Assembly: GCF_006345805.1 (NCBI RefSeq)
Contig: NC_042999.1
Coordinates: forward strand, 110,608,001-110,672,000
DNA from: Octopus sinensis
Lineage: Eukaryota
Direction of reading: 5' to 3'
DNA: 64,000 nucleotides
Shown here: positions 1-13,451 of the stretch, piece by piece
How the letters are laid out: every line of letters starts with the position of its first letter
Numbering within the stretch: the stretch's first letter is position 1
Translations under genes and position numbers: made by a program
Notes under the pieces: generated by a model
The model's input: the letters and a program-made list of their open reading frames with translations, nothing else
The model's database searches: none
What the model was told of the DNA's origin: nothing

Positions 1-499
1 AGTGCTTTAGTTACTAAAGTTTTCAGCAGAGACCTGTAGAGAAATAATTACCATTTTTCAAGAAGGAACTATGGAAAGCTTCCTTCTTTTTTTTTTTCTT
101 TTTCTTTTAGCTGTTAATCTGGAATACTTCATAATATTGCATATGCTGTATAGTTTTATTGAAACAATTCCAACAATTTTAATTCAAAGTGGAAGAAAAT
201 TCCTCTATTCATTAGAATTTCTGAAAGAATGGAATTGTTGCTTTTTTTCCCGTTTCTCCTTCACCACCACCACCACCACCACAACAACAACAACAACAAC
301 ACTAAGAACAACAACAGCAGCAACAGAAGAAGAAGATACTGACGATGGGGGAGGAGAAGGAGGAGGGAGAAGGAAAGGAGGGTGAGGAAATCCTTGTCAT
401 AAATTATACATACATAACTTGATTGTTTTAGATATTCTATAGTTCTGATGATTGAAATTCCAAAACATATGTAAATATTGCTTTTCTATTAAAACTGTT

Positions 500-579
500 G
501 TTTTCACAACTTTTATGTGTGTATGCATATATATATGCAAATGCATGTGTATGTGTGTGTGCATGTGTGTACATGCATA

Positions 580-622
<43 letters not shown>

Positions 623-650
623 ATATATATATATATGTATGTGTATATAT

Positions 651-693
<43 letters not shown>

Positions 694-792
694 ACACACA
701 TATACATATGTGCATACATGTTTCAGAAGATGTGTGCAAATGTACATATACACACTTAAATATCTGCACACTTATTTATATGTACAGAAACA

Positions 793-832
<40 letters not shown>

Positions 833-1269
833 ACTCATGTATGGATGGATGGATGGATGGATGTACATTTTCATGCACACATACACACAAACATATATAT
901 ATACATACACTGACACACACATATACATATATGTTTATATGTATACATATATATACATATATATACACACATACTTGTATATGTTTGTATGTGTATATAG
1001 AAAGAAGAGAAAGAAAAAGACAGAACTATAGATGTACAACATATGTTTCTACTATTTATGAAGACTTACATAAGTATGATAACATTTATGCATGAATATA
1101 ACATGAAGAACTGCCTAACATATGAGACACTTTATATATACTTCACTGTATATTTTATTTCTTGACTGAACATTGAAATATATTTGATGTATATTTGATA
1201 TACATTTATATAATCTGTGTGTGTGTGTGTAAATATGTATGTATATATATGTATGTCTGTGTGTGTATA

Positions 1270-1300
<31 letters not shown>

Positions 1301-1400
1301 TGTGATAAGTGCCAATGCATGAAACTTATAGCCCTGTTAGTGTTAGTGATTATTAATAATGAATTTATATATATTCATATATATATATATACTCATCTTT
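500..1400. repeat. (TA)n/(CA)n/(TG)n compound microsatellite field
   Basis: Directly visible dinucleotide runs; explains the Y/I/H/T/C/V-only ORFs here. Confidence 0.95.
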
Positions 1401-1954
1401 GAGCTATATTTTTCCAGTTTACATCACGAAACAAATGCACAAATATATGTCAGCATTGTCATCATCATCATTTAATGTCCGTTTTCCATGCTGGTATGGA
1501 TTAGACAGTTTGAATGGAGCTGGTAAGCCTGAGAGTTGCACCAGGCTCCAGTTGGTATTGGCTTGGTTTCTATGGCTGGGTGCCCTTCCTAATACTATCC
1601 ACTGTGTACAGATTGCCTTTCATGTGTCACCAGCACAGGTGCCTTCATCATCTTTTAATGTTTCTCTTCCAAGTTGACAGGGTCCAATGAGCCAGAGAAC
1701 TGCCTTGTGCTCCAATATCTGCTACAACATGGTTTCAATGGGTGAATGCCCTTCTAATGCCAACAACTTTACATTGTGTATTGGGTGCTTTATTCGTGGT
1801 ACTAGCACTAATGAGGTTTCCCTGTAGCCTACAATACAAGACTAAGATCCTTAGTGGCTGAGTGCATCTATGTAAACAGGTGTATACACACTTACACACC
1901 CACACATGCACAAACACACACACACATGCTGCAGTCGGTTTTCCCTCTACTTAG

Positions 1955-3038
1955 AAAATAACTGGAAGAGATAGCTGGATGATTGTTTCATTTTTTTGCA
2001 TGAAAGTATAGAGAGACTTCAAGAATTTCAAGCACTTATAAATGGACTTGATGTAAACATTCAATTCACAATGGAATATAGCCATCAACAACTTCCCTTC
2101 CTTGATATCCTCATTAAGAAATCTAACAACATAATAGAAGCAGATATATACTATAAACCCACGGACTCCAAGCAATATCTACCATTCAATACATGCCAGC
2201 CCAGACACACCAGAATGAATATCCCCTTCAACCTAGCAAAAAGGATATGTACTATAGTTTCTAATGCAAACACCAGAGACACACAACTGCACGAACTAAA
2301 GGATACACTCATCACCAGGAACTACCCACCTTCAATAATTGACATATGCTTTCAACATCCATGAACTCAGACATCCCAAATTAAAGAAGGATTTACAACC
2401 AAAAGCCCTACCATACATTTCCACACACAACCCTCTTAACAATGAAGCCTTCGACACCATCCTTCAAAACATTCCCCTGCTAAAAAAGGACCACAATGAA
2501 CTTAATCCTCCAAACACACACCATCATAAAAAGCAAGAGAAAGCCCAAATCTATGAAAAGTCTCCTAACACAAGCCCAAATATGCTCAACAACAACACTG
2601 AAGCTGTCAGTAAAAAAATGTGGAAGACCCAACTATGGGATATGCATCAGTTTAATTGAGGGATCAGAGTCCTCATTCAAACAGGGACAACGTTTCACAG
2701 TGAAAAGCAGCTTCACATGTGCTTCAAAGAACCTGATATATGTACTAACCTGCTCTGGGTGTCAAGAGTAATACATGGATCAAACAAAAATCAGTCTATG
2801 TCAAAGGATGGCTCTGCACAGATCCCAGATCAAAATTCCGAAAAAAACAGAAAAATAGCATTCAGCAACACATCAACATTTGCACCAATAACAAAAATAC
2901 AAGCTTCAGAAATCTTCCTCTCTATCAATTCAGGGACGATATAACCTGTAGCCAACGAATTAGTAAAGAGTCATTCTTTATCACAATATACAGACCCCTT
3001 TTGAACGCTTCTACAACAAATGACATATCCACTACGAC
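1955..3038 (+). mobile_element. Penelope-like retroelement remnant (RT C-terminus + GIY-YIG endonuclease), frameshifted
   Basis: WKR*LDDCFI (YLDD-type motif with stop), QFTMEYSHQQLPFLDILI, DIYYKPTDSKQYLPFNTCQPRH, then SSFTCASKNLIYVLTCSGCQE (GIY-YIG N-terminus) across ORFs 1996-2364, 2339-2659 and 2496-2771. Confidence 0.9.
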
Positions 3039-3050
3039 CTTAGAATAACA

Positions 3051-3435
3051 TTTATATATTTGTTTTGCAAGATTCTTGATATGAAATCGTGTGTTGAAAC
3101 AGATATTGTTTTATTTAGGAATGGTCATGTTGCTAGTTTAGCCAATAAAAACACACGCACTATATATTTGGTATTAATTTGTTTCAGCTTTATTTATTTT
3201 TTACATTAATTTTAATCTTATTTCGGCCAGAGTTCTTTTGACACATTTCTGTGGCCTCATTAGTGGTCCTTTGCTTTCTTCTTTCTTATTTGTGTGACAA
3301 AAGAACTCTGGCCGAAATAAGATTAAGATTAAAGCAAAAAATAAATAAAGCTGAAGCAAATTAACACCAAATATATAGTGCATGTGTATTTATTGGCTAA
3401 ACTGGCAACATGACCATTCCTAAATACAACAATAA
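3051..3435. mobile_element. Foldback insertion with ~142-bp inverted arms and 12-bp TSD
   Basis: Arms 3104-3245 and 3293-3434 are reverse complements with about 10 mismatches. CTTAGAATAACA flanks the insert at 3039-3050 and 3436-3447. Confidence 0.85.
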
Positions 3436-4162
3436 CTTAGAATAACACACATGCAAGTATTAAAAATTACACATTCAAAAGAGATACCCAAGATTTCATT
3501 AAAAACTGTCCCAATCACTACTATAATCGACAACAAATCACTTTTAGGTCACCTGACCGTTTAACATCCTAGTACTATCATACCACTCCTGCATTTTTCA
3601 TTCTTCTTCTTCTTCTTCTTCTCTGCCAAGAATTCACAACCTCAAACCCACAAGAGTAAACAAGAGAGACAGAGACAGACAGAAACAAGGAAAATGCCCC
3701 TTGTATTTGAATACCATGCAAGTATTCTTTGAAAAAACTTTTTCATTTAATTTTTCCGAAATTTAATTTTTTTCCCTACACAGAGTTGAAAAAGACTCAA
3801 TGACTGAAACTGTGACTAAAATGTTTTTTATGATAAAATTATTTGAGCATTTTCTACCTTGATGTTTTTTTTCCTTATATATATATATATATATACACAT
3901 ACAAGAGTAAGCACATAATTGCAAAACATGGTAGACAAAAATAGTACTCGAATACTGAAGGTAAAGTAATATGCTTTTATAAATAAGTTCCAAAACATCA
4001 CGAAAACTGCAACTCAGAGATTCACGTTTCCTTTTGTCAGGCAGTTGTGATCAATGAATGCCCAACAAACAGAAACATGAAACTCTGAATAGCAGTTTTT
4101 GTGATGTTTCTGCAGTTTTAATAAAAAAGTTCATATGTGTGTGCGTGCATACACACACACAC

Positions 4163-4320
4163 AGGTAGCCACTACACACATTTTTTTTCTCTCCTTGTTT
4201 CTTTCTGTGGAAGAGTGTAGGCTCAAAACATAAAAGACTTTTTCAAATCCCGAGCATTATACAAATATCTGTTTGTTTTCTACACCACCTGTCGTTGTCT
4301 TTTGTTTTTTCGTGAATTCT

Positions 4321-4325
<5 letters not shown>
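4163..4325 (+). mobile_element. Short non-autonomous element carrying minimal hammerhead-like motif, copy 1
   Basis: Homologous to minus-strand copies at ~55505-55730 and ~60175-60345; ends in (TA)n. Confidence 0.7.
4200..4237 (+). ncRNA. Decayed minimal type-I hammerhead ribozyme (variant core)
   Basis: TCTTT-CTGTGGA-A-GAGT-GTAG-GCTC-AAAAC-ATA-AAAGA. Stem I is TCTTT/AAAGA. Reverting three CpG-decay changes gives GAGC/GCTC, GAAAC and GTA. Confidence 0.55.
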
Positions 4326-4356
<31 letters not shown>

Positions 4357-4418
4357 TATATGTAATATATGTAATGATTGAATTATATATTTTTCATGTT
4401 TTTTGTTATGTGCATGTT

Positions 4419-4485
4419 CCCCTGTTTTGTGGAAAAATTATTTTGCCTGCAACTGGTCTGGTGGGCAAAAGAGGTTGGAGACTGC
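4419..4485 (-). mobile_element. hAT (Charlie/MER1-like) MITE terminal fragment
   Basis: Minus strand CAGTCTCCAACCTCTTTTGCCCACCAGACCAG...AATTTTTCCAC resembles Charlie-type MITE ends; one end only. Confidence 0.4.
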
Positions 4486-4846
4486 AGGTTTTAGTGGATA
4501 AAGAGCCAGATACCACCAATTTTATAGGTCATGTGCTAAAACATGAAGCAAGCATTTAGGTAGCAAACCTATTTTATTGGATGAGTTAACTCCATTTCTT
4601 GGTACTTGAGGAAATAGTAAAATAAACTGATCCCTGTCAGTTTCAACAACGAGAGTTTAGTTGTTTAATCAGCTGGATCTAATCCAATGACTGGTGTGTA
4701 AGTGGCTTAGTATTCCACAGATACATCATTATTTATTGTCCATCTATTAGATGGTTTGACAAGATGCAATCAGTCCAAGGACTGTGTCTTGCCCCATCTA
4801 ATTTGGCAGGGTTTCCACAGTTGGATACCCTTCCTAATGTTCTTTT

Positions 4847-5240
4847 CTACTCTAGGCACAAGGCCCGAAATTTTGGGGGAGGGGGCCAGTTTATTAGATT
4901 GACCCCAGTTCACAACTGGTACTTAATTTATTGACCACAAAAGAATGAAAGGCAAAGATGACCTTGGTGGAATTTGAACAAAGAACATAAAGACAAACGA
5001 AATACCTATTTCTTTACTACCCACAAGGGGCTACACACAGAAGCGATAAACAAGGACAGACAAATGGATTAAGTCGATTATCTCGACCCCAGTGTGTAAC
5101 TGGTACTTATTTAATCGACCCTGAAAGGATGAAAGGCAAAGTCGACCTCGGTGGAATTTGAACTCAGAATGTAAAGACAGACGAAATACTGCTAAGCATT
5201 TCACCTGGTATGCTAATGTTTCTGCCAGCTCACCACCTTA
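4847..5240 (-). mobile_element. Two nested tRNA-derived SINEs (family A)
   Basis: Reverse complement of the head AGGTGGTGAGCTGGCAGAAACATTAGC...GAGTTCAAATTCC (B-box-like) with conserved body GACTTTGCCTTTCATCC; copies at 4847-5008 and 5008-5240. Confidence 0.85.
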
Positions 5241-5997
5241 AGCCCTTCCTAAGGTTAACCACCACACAGCATGTACTGGGTGTTTATTTTTTGTACCACT
5301 AGCAGTTCTGAGGTCACTATGCAGCTTGCAAAACTTGAACTTTGAGCGAGGTGGGAGAGTCAGTTTTATGCTGTTGTATATGGGGGTTACAATATGAAAG
5401 ATTGTTGGGGTCAGAGCAAGTTTTTGTAGAGGATATGTACGACTTTTCACATGTGCTTTTAATGTAATTCTCAAGCAGAATCAGGATAAGACCGAGTGAG
5501 ACAAGTTTGGACTTCTGAATTACAGATTCAATCTATCATGTGGACTTCCACATAGTTTCTCTATATCTGATTTCAGTCACCATGCCTCAAGGAGTGAAAT
5601 CTTGAATATATATACATATATATATATAAAATCATCATCATTCTTTAATGTCCGTTTTCCATGTGTGTGCGTATGTGTGCATATGTGTGTGTAATGGCTA
5701 CCTCCGATGGGTGCAGGGTTACATAATTGGACTGTTACCTCACACTCTATTTAACTCCTAGTGTGAAACCAATTTGTAAGATTAGCTGTCATGGATATAT
5801 AATACTGAACAATGGAGAATCACTGATGAGTGAAAATTCTGTAAATAATAATGATAACTATAAGCTTAAAGCTTATAAGTAATCACTGTGCATTAGCTCA
5901 TGAAAATAGTCTAGTATTCGAGCATATAAGCACTCATCAGAAAAAAATGGGTCTCAGTGTCTGTGTCCATAGGACATATATGTACATACATATATAT

Positions 5998-6335
5998 AGG
6001 GTTGGGACCCCTTTCAGTAACGACACTGACCATGGGATTGCACCTAGAAAGTTACCCTTCTAGTCACAAGTCTGGGCAAGGGGGTTTATGGAAGACCAGC
6101 AGTTGCCCATGCATACCGGCCTCCCCTCTCCATGCCACCAGTGTTATCCAAGGGAAAGGCAGCAGCCGATACAGCTTGGCACCCGTGACGTCGCAACTCA
6201 TTTCTACAGCTGAGTGAACTGGAGCAACGTGAAATAAAGTGTCTTGCTCAAGAACACAACATGCAGCCCGGTTCGGGATTCAAGCTCACCTCACAATCAT
6301 AAGCTCGATGCTCTAACCACTGAGCTATGCTCCTT
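5998..6335 (-). mobile_element. tRNA-derived SINE (family E)
   Basis: Reverse complement of the family seen on + at 47475-47803; contains GCTCCAGTTCACTCAGCTGTAGAAATGAG core. Confidence 0.85.
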
Positions 6336-6414
6336 CACACACACACACACATATATATACATATATAGGTATGTATATATATACATATATATAAATACAT
6401 ATATATGTATGTGT

Positions 6415-6605
6415 ATCATCATCATCATCGTTTAACATCCGCTTTCCATGCTAGCATGGGTTGGACGGTTCAACTGGGGTCTGGGAAGCCAGAAGGCTGC
6501 ACCAGGCCCAGTCTGATCTGGCAGTGTTTCTACAGCTGGATGCCCTTCCTAATGCCAACCACTTCGTGAGTGTAGTGGGTGCTTTTTACGTGCCACCAGT
6601 GTATA

Positions 6606-6636
<31 letters not shown>

Positions 6637-6820
6637 ATCACTCCATTACCTTCGGACTGATTGGTGTTAAGAAGGACATCCACCCATAGAAACCATGCCA
6701 AATTCTGCCTGGAATCTGGTGCAACCCCTCTGCTTATCAGCCCTGGTCAAACCATCTAACCCATGCCAGCAGGGACAATGGATGTTAAATGATGATAATG
6801 ATGATGATGATGATGATGCT
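6415..6820. mobile_element. Two RTE 3'-UTR-derived repeats in opposite orientations
   Basis: CATCATCGTTTAACATCCGCTTTCCATGC...GGATGCCCTTCCTAATGCCAACCAC, the same sequence as the 3' UTR contiguous with the RTE ORF at 26085-26480. Confidence 0.8.
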
Positions 6821-6861
6821 ATATTTATATATGTACACACACACACACACATATGTAAGTA

Positions 6862-6905
<44 letters not shown>

Positions 6906-7469
6906 TTACCTAATGTCTCATAAAGTGGGATTGATTAGACTTCATAATTTTAAAACAAACTCCTTAACCTTTCAACTGCTGCATTATTGAACCCCTGAGT
7001 TCCTTTAGCAGAGTCACCTCTTTTATGACCATTTGGATCCAGTAGGTCTCCTGTCAGCCATTAGTTCAATATCTTAATTTATTTGTTTACTACTGCAATG
7101 AGCTATGATTTGTGTTTTTTGCTTGCTCATGTCATCAAACCAGTTTCCCAAACCATGAAAAGTGGCATAGATTCTTCCCCTTCTAATCTGAGATAACATT
7201 AACTCTAGAGTTATTGATAGGTTTACTATTTTTCTAGGTAGGTGTACAAACTTTAGGAAAGCTACATTCAATATCAACTAATGGAGTTCATCATAAGTAA
7301 TTACTCCAAAATAGATGCAGTTATGAAATACCAATGTATCAATTTTTGTGAGCTTCATGTAATAGTGAATGGAAATTTAGATTCAGTAATAAAAGTATTC
7401 TTGCTAGCATGAAAGAAAAAAAACCATTGTGTTTTTTTCTTTATTCTTAATTTTCTTTTTTGTATTTAA

Positions 7470-7678
7470 TCGTAAATAGGCCATCTTTGACCGAAATATT
7501 CTACCTGTCTGATGCTCAAGCCTGGCCAGGTCTAGCCTTTCACATCAACCCTCCAAAATCATTCTGAGAATTAATAGTTACATCAAAATCTCAAAGCTAC
7601 AAGATAGTGCATGATTAATTCAAAACAATGTGAATATATAAGCATTATGTTTGACAGAGTCATCTGAATGCTAAATAG
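7470..7678. mobile_element. Degenerate TTAA-type MITE
   Basis: Body homologous to the split copy at 38470-38990; ends decayed. Confidence 0.55.
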
Positions 7679-8270
7679 GTACAGGAGTGGCAGTGGGGGT
7701 AAGAAGCTTGCTTCTTACCAGACAGCCAGCGAGCTGGCAGAAACATTAGCAAGCCGGGTGAAATGCTTAGCAGTATTTCGTTTGCTGTTACGTTCTGAGT
7801 TCAAATTCTGCCGAGGTTGACTTTGCCTTGCATACTTTTGTAGTTGATAAATTAAGTACCAGTTACGCACTGGGTTCGATGTAATTGACTTAATCCCTTT
7901 GTCTGTCCTTGTTTGTCCCCTCTATGTTTAGCCTCTTGTGGGCAATAAAGAAATAAGAAGCTTGCTTCCTAAGCACATGATGAGTGGATCTGGTAGATGC
8001 AAACTGAAAGAAGCCCATCGTATGTATATGTGTGTGTGTGTGTGTGTGTATTTATGTTTGTGTGTGTGTGTTTGTCCCCATCATCACTTGATAAACGATG
8101 TAGGTGTGTTTACATCCCCATAACTTAGCTGTTCGGCAAAAGAGAGACCAATAGAATAAGTACAAGGCTTACAAAGAATAAATCCTGGGGCTGATTTGTT
8201 TGACTAAAGGTAGTGCTTCAGCATGGCCACAGTCAAATGACTGAAACAAGTCAAAAAATGAAAGACTAAA
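7676..8270 (+). mobile_element. tRNA-derived SINE family C (host of the nested SINE A)
   Basis: Head GGAGTGGCAGTG..GTAAGAAGCTTGC, internal (TG)n, tail ...CAGCATGGCCACAGTCAAATGACTGAAACAAG. Confidence 0.8.
7715..7953 (+). mobile_element. Full-length SINE family A with 15-bp TSD, inserted in a family C SINE
   Basis: TAAGAAGCTTGCTTC at 7700-7714 and 7954-7968 flanks the insert; B-box-like GAGTTCAAATTCT. Confidence 0.9.
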
Positions 8271-9949
8271 AAAATACCTTGACTCACTTAACCATTAAAA
8301 TATTCTGTGGAAATTAGCCTACTGTGCAATATTCAAAGCTGGGTAAATTTCCTAACCACTTAACTGCTGAAGAGAAATCAGAGTCGAACATTCTTTTAAT
8401 GAATTAATGGTATGTGTAGTTTATGAAATGATTAACTAACATGGACAAGAAGTCAGGTAGCATGGCTAATTATATTGTTATTAAAGAAGAAAGGAAACAA
8501 GTTAAATAAAAAGTGTATGTAATATATTTACAGGTTGTTGACTGTGTAAGGTTTTTGATGAGAGAATTTAGTGAAGAATTATTAGAATATCCTTAGCTTT
8601 GTTTCAGATCATAGAATAATCGAAGGAAGGAAGAAAGAGAGAAAGGAAAATTAAAAAAGAATCTATCACACTGTAATCTCATTAGAGGAAACATTTTCGA
8701 GTTGTGAAAAATAATCAAAGAGAAAATTACAGAACAACAACAACAACAACAACAATAATGGCAGCAATAATAACTGTACATGTTTTCTTAAGTATATAGG
8801 CGTAATTTTTAATCAGAAAAATATTATCACAATATCAAATTTTTCATTAAAAATTTAAGTTTACAAGCATCCCCCCACCTTGTATTAGGAAGATAAAAAA
8901 GCCCCAAAACAAAAAAAAATTTCTCATCAATCTACCCCTACCTATTAACAACACCCACTCCCCATTACACATCTTACCCAATATGTAAAATACGGAAATT
9001 AATACTTCATATGTCAAAGGATTTAAAAAACAAACACACAAACATTAAAAAAGAAGAAAACAAAAAACAAAAAACAAAAATAACAACGACAAAAGGTAAA
9101 CAGAAATAAATAAAACAAAAATCTTCCATATCAGCAAAAAGACACACAGACAAAACAAAAACAAAACAATAACAAAAACAAGTAAGAACAACAACAACAA
9201 TAGCAATAACAACACAAGCAAATAATGTAAGAGTGAGAGATGTATGAGTTATTTAAGAAACTATTATGATAATATTAATATTGTTTTAATTTAAAAAATA
9301 TAAGCAACAAAATGTACAATAGCAATAATAGCCAAACAACAACAACAACAACAACAACATCATTATTATTATTATTATTATTAAGACAACAACAACAATA
9401 TGAATATTCACAAATCAACAAACAAAACAGCATATGAAAATTCAAAACCTGAAAAGACTCTATTGAATATTTCACGAAAGTTGATTTAATATAAACTATT
9501 TCCTCAAGATACATATTATAGCCTCTTTGATGGTAATTTCTTCAGCACTTCTGTAAATATGCCTTGTTCAGAATATCTCTTTTGCATCTAATGCAAACTA
9601 ATTCAATTGCTTAGCATTTGTCTACTGAGAGGAAATCACTTTGTTGGTTTAAGTGACGGTTTGATATGAAAACTATGCCACCTATTAGGGCCTACCACTA
9701 CATCTTAAGCGTCCAAATTAAAAGATATTTCATATTCAACTTTACATGGAAACAACAAATCATAAACTAGACATATACAAAATTATTAATTCTTTTATTT
9801 TATCGACACAAAAGCCACAGATGAGATTGGTCCAATGTGTTTTAAATGTTTGCATACAATTCTAATTCAGCTTTGTAATAAATATATGATAGCTAACATT
9901 GAAACAGTTATACTCTCCTCTCATACATTTACATATACAAAAGCATACA

Positions 9950-10007
9950 TATAATTATGTGTATGTACATGTGTATGTATGTATATATATGTATGCATGT
10001 ATGTAAG

Positions 10008-10041
<34 letters not shown>

Positions 10042-10590
10042 TATACACACACACACTCATAGCCACATTTCCACTATATTATAATTTGTATATATACACA
10101 CACACGTATATATATTCATAGATGCATACAAACATACATATATACATATTTATATACATACATATGCATACATATATACATATATATATATACATATGCA
10201 TACAAACATACATATATGTTTATATACATACACATGTGAGTGTTAACTCACATACATACACACATACACCCAAATATTTATGGATATTTGTGTGTGTGTG
10301 AGTGTGTGTGAGCATATATATTGATCTGAAAGCATTTTGAAAATAGTCACAGCAAACTTGATGTATACACACCATTGATATAAATAAACATAATTGTACA
10401 GAAACAAAACAAAACCTTTACACACACACATGCATATGTTCACACAAACATACGTAAATATACATGTACAATTACATATATGTGTGTATGTGAGTGTGTG
10501 TGTGTATATATATATATATAGTGTACATATATACACATATATATCTGTACAAATATATATATATAGTGTACATATATACACATATATATA

Positions 10591-10655
<65 letters not shown>

Positions 10656-11080
10656 TATACACATATATACACACACATGCACACACGAGTATAGTTATAA
10701 GTATTATGCATTTATGCATTTGATCAACACATAATATATACATATCTGTTCTATCTATTATCAGTTTATCTGTATGTCTATCTTTCTCTCTCTGTATATA
10801 GTTACATGTATATATGTATACACACACGCATATGCACATGTTTATATATCATGATTCAAATGCATGCAAAAGTACCAATGCCAAAATTTACACATGTACA
10901 CATGTTAGCAAATATTTAAAATACCTAATGTTTCAGAGATGTACATAACTTTCAAGTATTTGAATATTATATTTCTACAGAATAAACCCATTCTCATACA
11001 TGCATGCATACATACATACATACATACATACATACATACATACATACATACATAAAAACATGCATGCATGCATGCATACA
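9950..11080. repeat. (TA)n/(CA)n/(CATA)n microsatellite field
   Basis: Directly visible. Confidence 0.95.
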
Positions 11081-11159
11081 AATGCACACAAACCCATACA
11101 TGCCATCATGAATGTGTGTGTATGTATGTGTGTGTACACACTCACACATACATATATGT

Positions 11160-11790
11160 TATTATTTTTTTATGTTTGACTTTTGCTTTACATTTGTACA
11201 AGTTGGTTCCAAGTCTCACTCAGAGACCTCAAGAGACAAGTTGGAAGTTCATGTTGGTGTTATGCCTAGGGTGCCATATATTTGGTTTTGTACATAGTGT
11301 TGTTCTAGAGAATGTTTAAGAAACCATAAGAAAATTATGTTTGTTTTAAAACTTGAGATTACATAGAAATTATTTTACGTAGGATATGGGCAGTTCCAAT
11401 GAGCACTATCTTTTGAATTTCTGCCATTTTGGGGGTTTCCTGGTATCTGAGCTAGGTAGCAATCAGCCCCTTTTGCTATCATTCCCAGGGCATATATGAC
11501 AACAGGTATTGTTTTAGTCTTCAGGTTCCACGTTTTGCTAATTTCTATTTCAGGATCTTTATACTTGCTCAGTTTTTGGTAGGTCTTGACTGATACATTT
11601 ATATTGATTGGGACAGTCATATCTCTGAGGAGGCATGATTTTTGTTTGAAGTCTTTCAATATAATGTCTGGCCTATTTGCATCTATCTTTCTATCAGTTT
11701 GAATGGTGAAGTTCCAGAGGAGTAAGATGTGATCATTTTCAAGCACTGGAGGTGATTTGTGTTCCCATCAGTTTTTATCATGGGGCTTAT
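11160..11790 (-). mobile_element. R4/Dong-type RLE non-LTR retrotransposon 3' fragment
   Basis: LLWNFTIQTDRKIDANRPDIILKD...KLSKYKDPEIEISKTWNLKTKTIPVVIYALG (PD-(D/E)xK RLE domain). The 3' UTR ends in AATAATAA; the 5' junction is in a (TAA)n tract. Confidence 0.88.
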
Positions 11791-11818
11791 TATTATCATT
11801 ATTATTATTATTATTATT

Positions 11819-11941
<123 letters not shown>

Positions 11942-11969
11942 AAGAAGAAGAAGAAGAAGAATTGCTTCA

Positions 11970-13250
11970 TGTAGGAATCATAATTGATTTACAAAGGAGT
12001 CATATCCAAGGACTGGTGTAGCAGCACCATAGTCAGCTGCTACAAAGGTAAAGGTGATGCTTTAGACAGAAATAATTACAGAGGTATCAAATTGTTAGAT
12101 CAGGTGATGAAAGTAATGGAGAGAGTCATAGCCCAACAAATTAGGGAGAGAGTTAGCCTACATGCAGTTTGGTTTTGTGTCCGGGAGAAGCACCACTGAT
12201 GCTATATTTCTAGTAAGGCAGCTGCAGGAGAAATACATAGCCAAGGATAAACCTCTGTACTTGGCCTTTGTTGGCTTGGAGAAAGCCTTTAACAAGGTCT
12301 CCCCATCCCTAATCTGGTGGTCAATGTGGAAACTAGGGATAGATGAGTGGTTGGTGAGAGCTATACAACTATGTGAGGGATGCTAGCCTCACATAGATGC
12401 TACCATCAGATAGTAAGGTGAGGGTTGGCAATGAGTACAGAGAATAATTCAGGGTACAAGTAGGGATTCACCAAGTATTGGTGTTCACCCCCCCCCTCTT
12501 GTTTATCATAGTCCTACAGGCAATAACAAAGGAATTTAAGACAGGCTGCTCCTGGGAGCTCCTCTATGCTGATGACCTTGCTCTTATTGCTGAAGAAGTT
12601 CCAGGTATGAAAGCAAGGTCTAGAATCAAGGGGCCTTAGAATTAATCTAGCAAAAATCAGAGTCTTAGTAAGTAGGAAGGCAGACAAATCACAGATCCCT
12701 TCAGGTAGATGGCCCTGCTCGATCTGTAGAAAAGGTGTAGGTAGATACTCCATAAGATGCACTCAGTGTAAGCTTTGGGTACATAAAAGGTGCAGCAATA
12801 TCAGAGGAAGGTTAACAGGGAAACTAGTTTTTGTATGTAGGAGATGCACAGGTATGATAAACACTGAAAATGTGCTGAAAGTAGACTTCGTCAATTACCC
12901 ATGCGGTAAGCTAGAGGTAGTAGATAGCTTCCGTTATCTAGGTGACCAAATAAGTAGTGGAGGTGGGTGCTCTGGGAGCATAGCAGTGAGAATAAGATTA
13001 GGCTGGGCAAAGTTCAGAGAGTTCCTGCCTCTGCTGGCGACAAGGGTCATCTCTCTCAGAGTGAAAGGCAAATTTTATGCTGTTTGTGTGTGAACTGCCA
13101 CACTGCATGTCAGAGAAACATGGGCTGTGACAGCTGAGGACATGAATAGGTTTGAAAGAAATGAAGCTAATATGCTTTGCTGGATGTGCAATGTCAGTGT
13201 GCATTTTTGATAAAGTGTAAGCATCTGGAGAGAAAAGTTCAGCATAACTT
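11970..13250 (+). mobile_element. RTE-clade LINE reverse transcriptase remnant (frameshifted)
   Basis: NNYRGIKLLDQVMKVMER, QFGFVSGRSTTDAIFLVRQLQEK...LEKAF, WELLYADDL, VDSFRYLG, RLGWAKFREFLPLL. Confidence 0.92.
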
Positions 13251-13399
13251 TTATTTTATTTACGTTTCCACTCTAATGAAGTTCCGTGATTCATATTGGT
13301 ATAATTAATTACTTACAATAACTATTATTACTATTGTTGTTGTTGTTGTTGCTGTTACTATTATTATTATTATGATGATTATTATTATTATTATGATTA

Positions 13400-13451
<52 letters not shown>

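Noticed and set aside
397-1402. Numerous 60-150 aa ORFs rich in Y/I/H/T/C/V (also at 10.2-11, 15.2-15.7, 27.4-28.3, 41-42.3 and 57.9-58.4 kb)
   Set aside because: Translations of (TA)n/(CA)n/(TG)n repeats, which lack stop codons in some frames.
8300-8600. Exon-like segments (plus VVDCVRFLMREFSEELLEYP*; minus AVKWLGNLPSFEYCT)
   Set aside because: Conflicting strands, no consistent donor/acceptor pair and no recognised homology.
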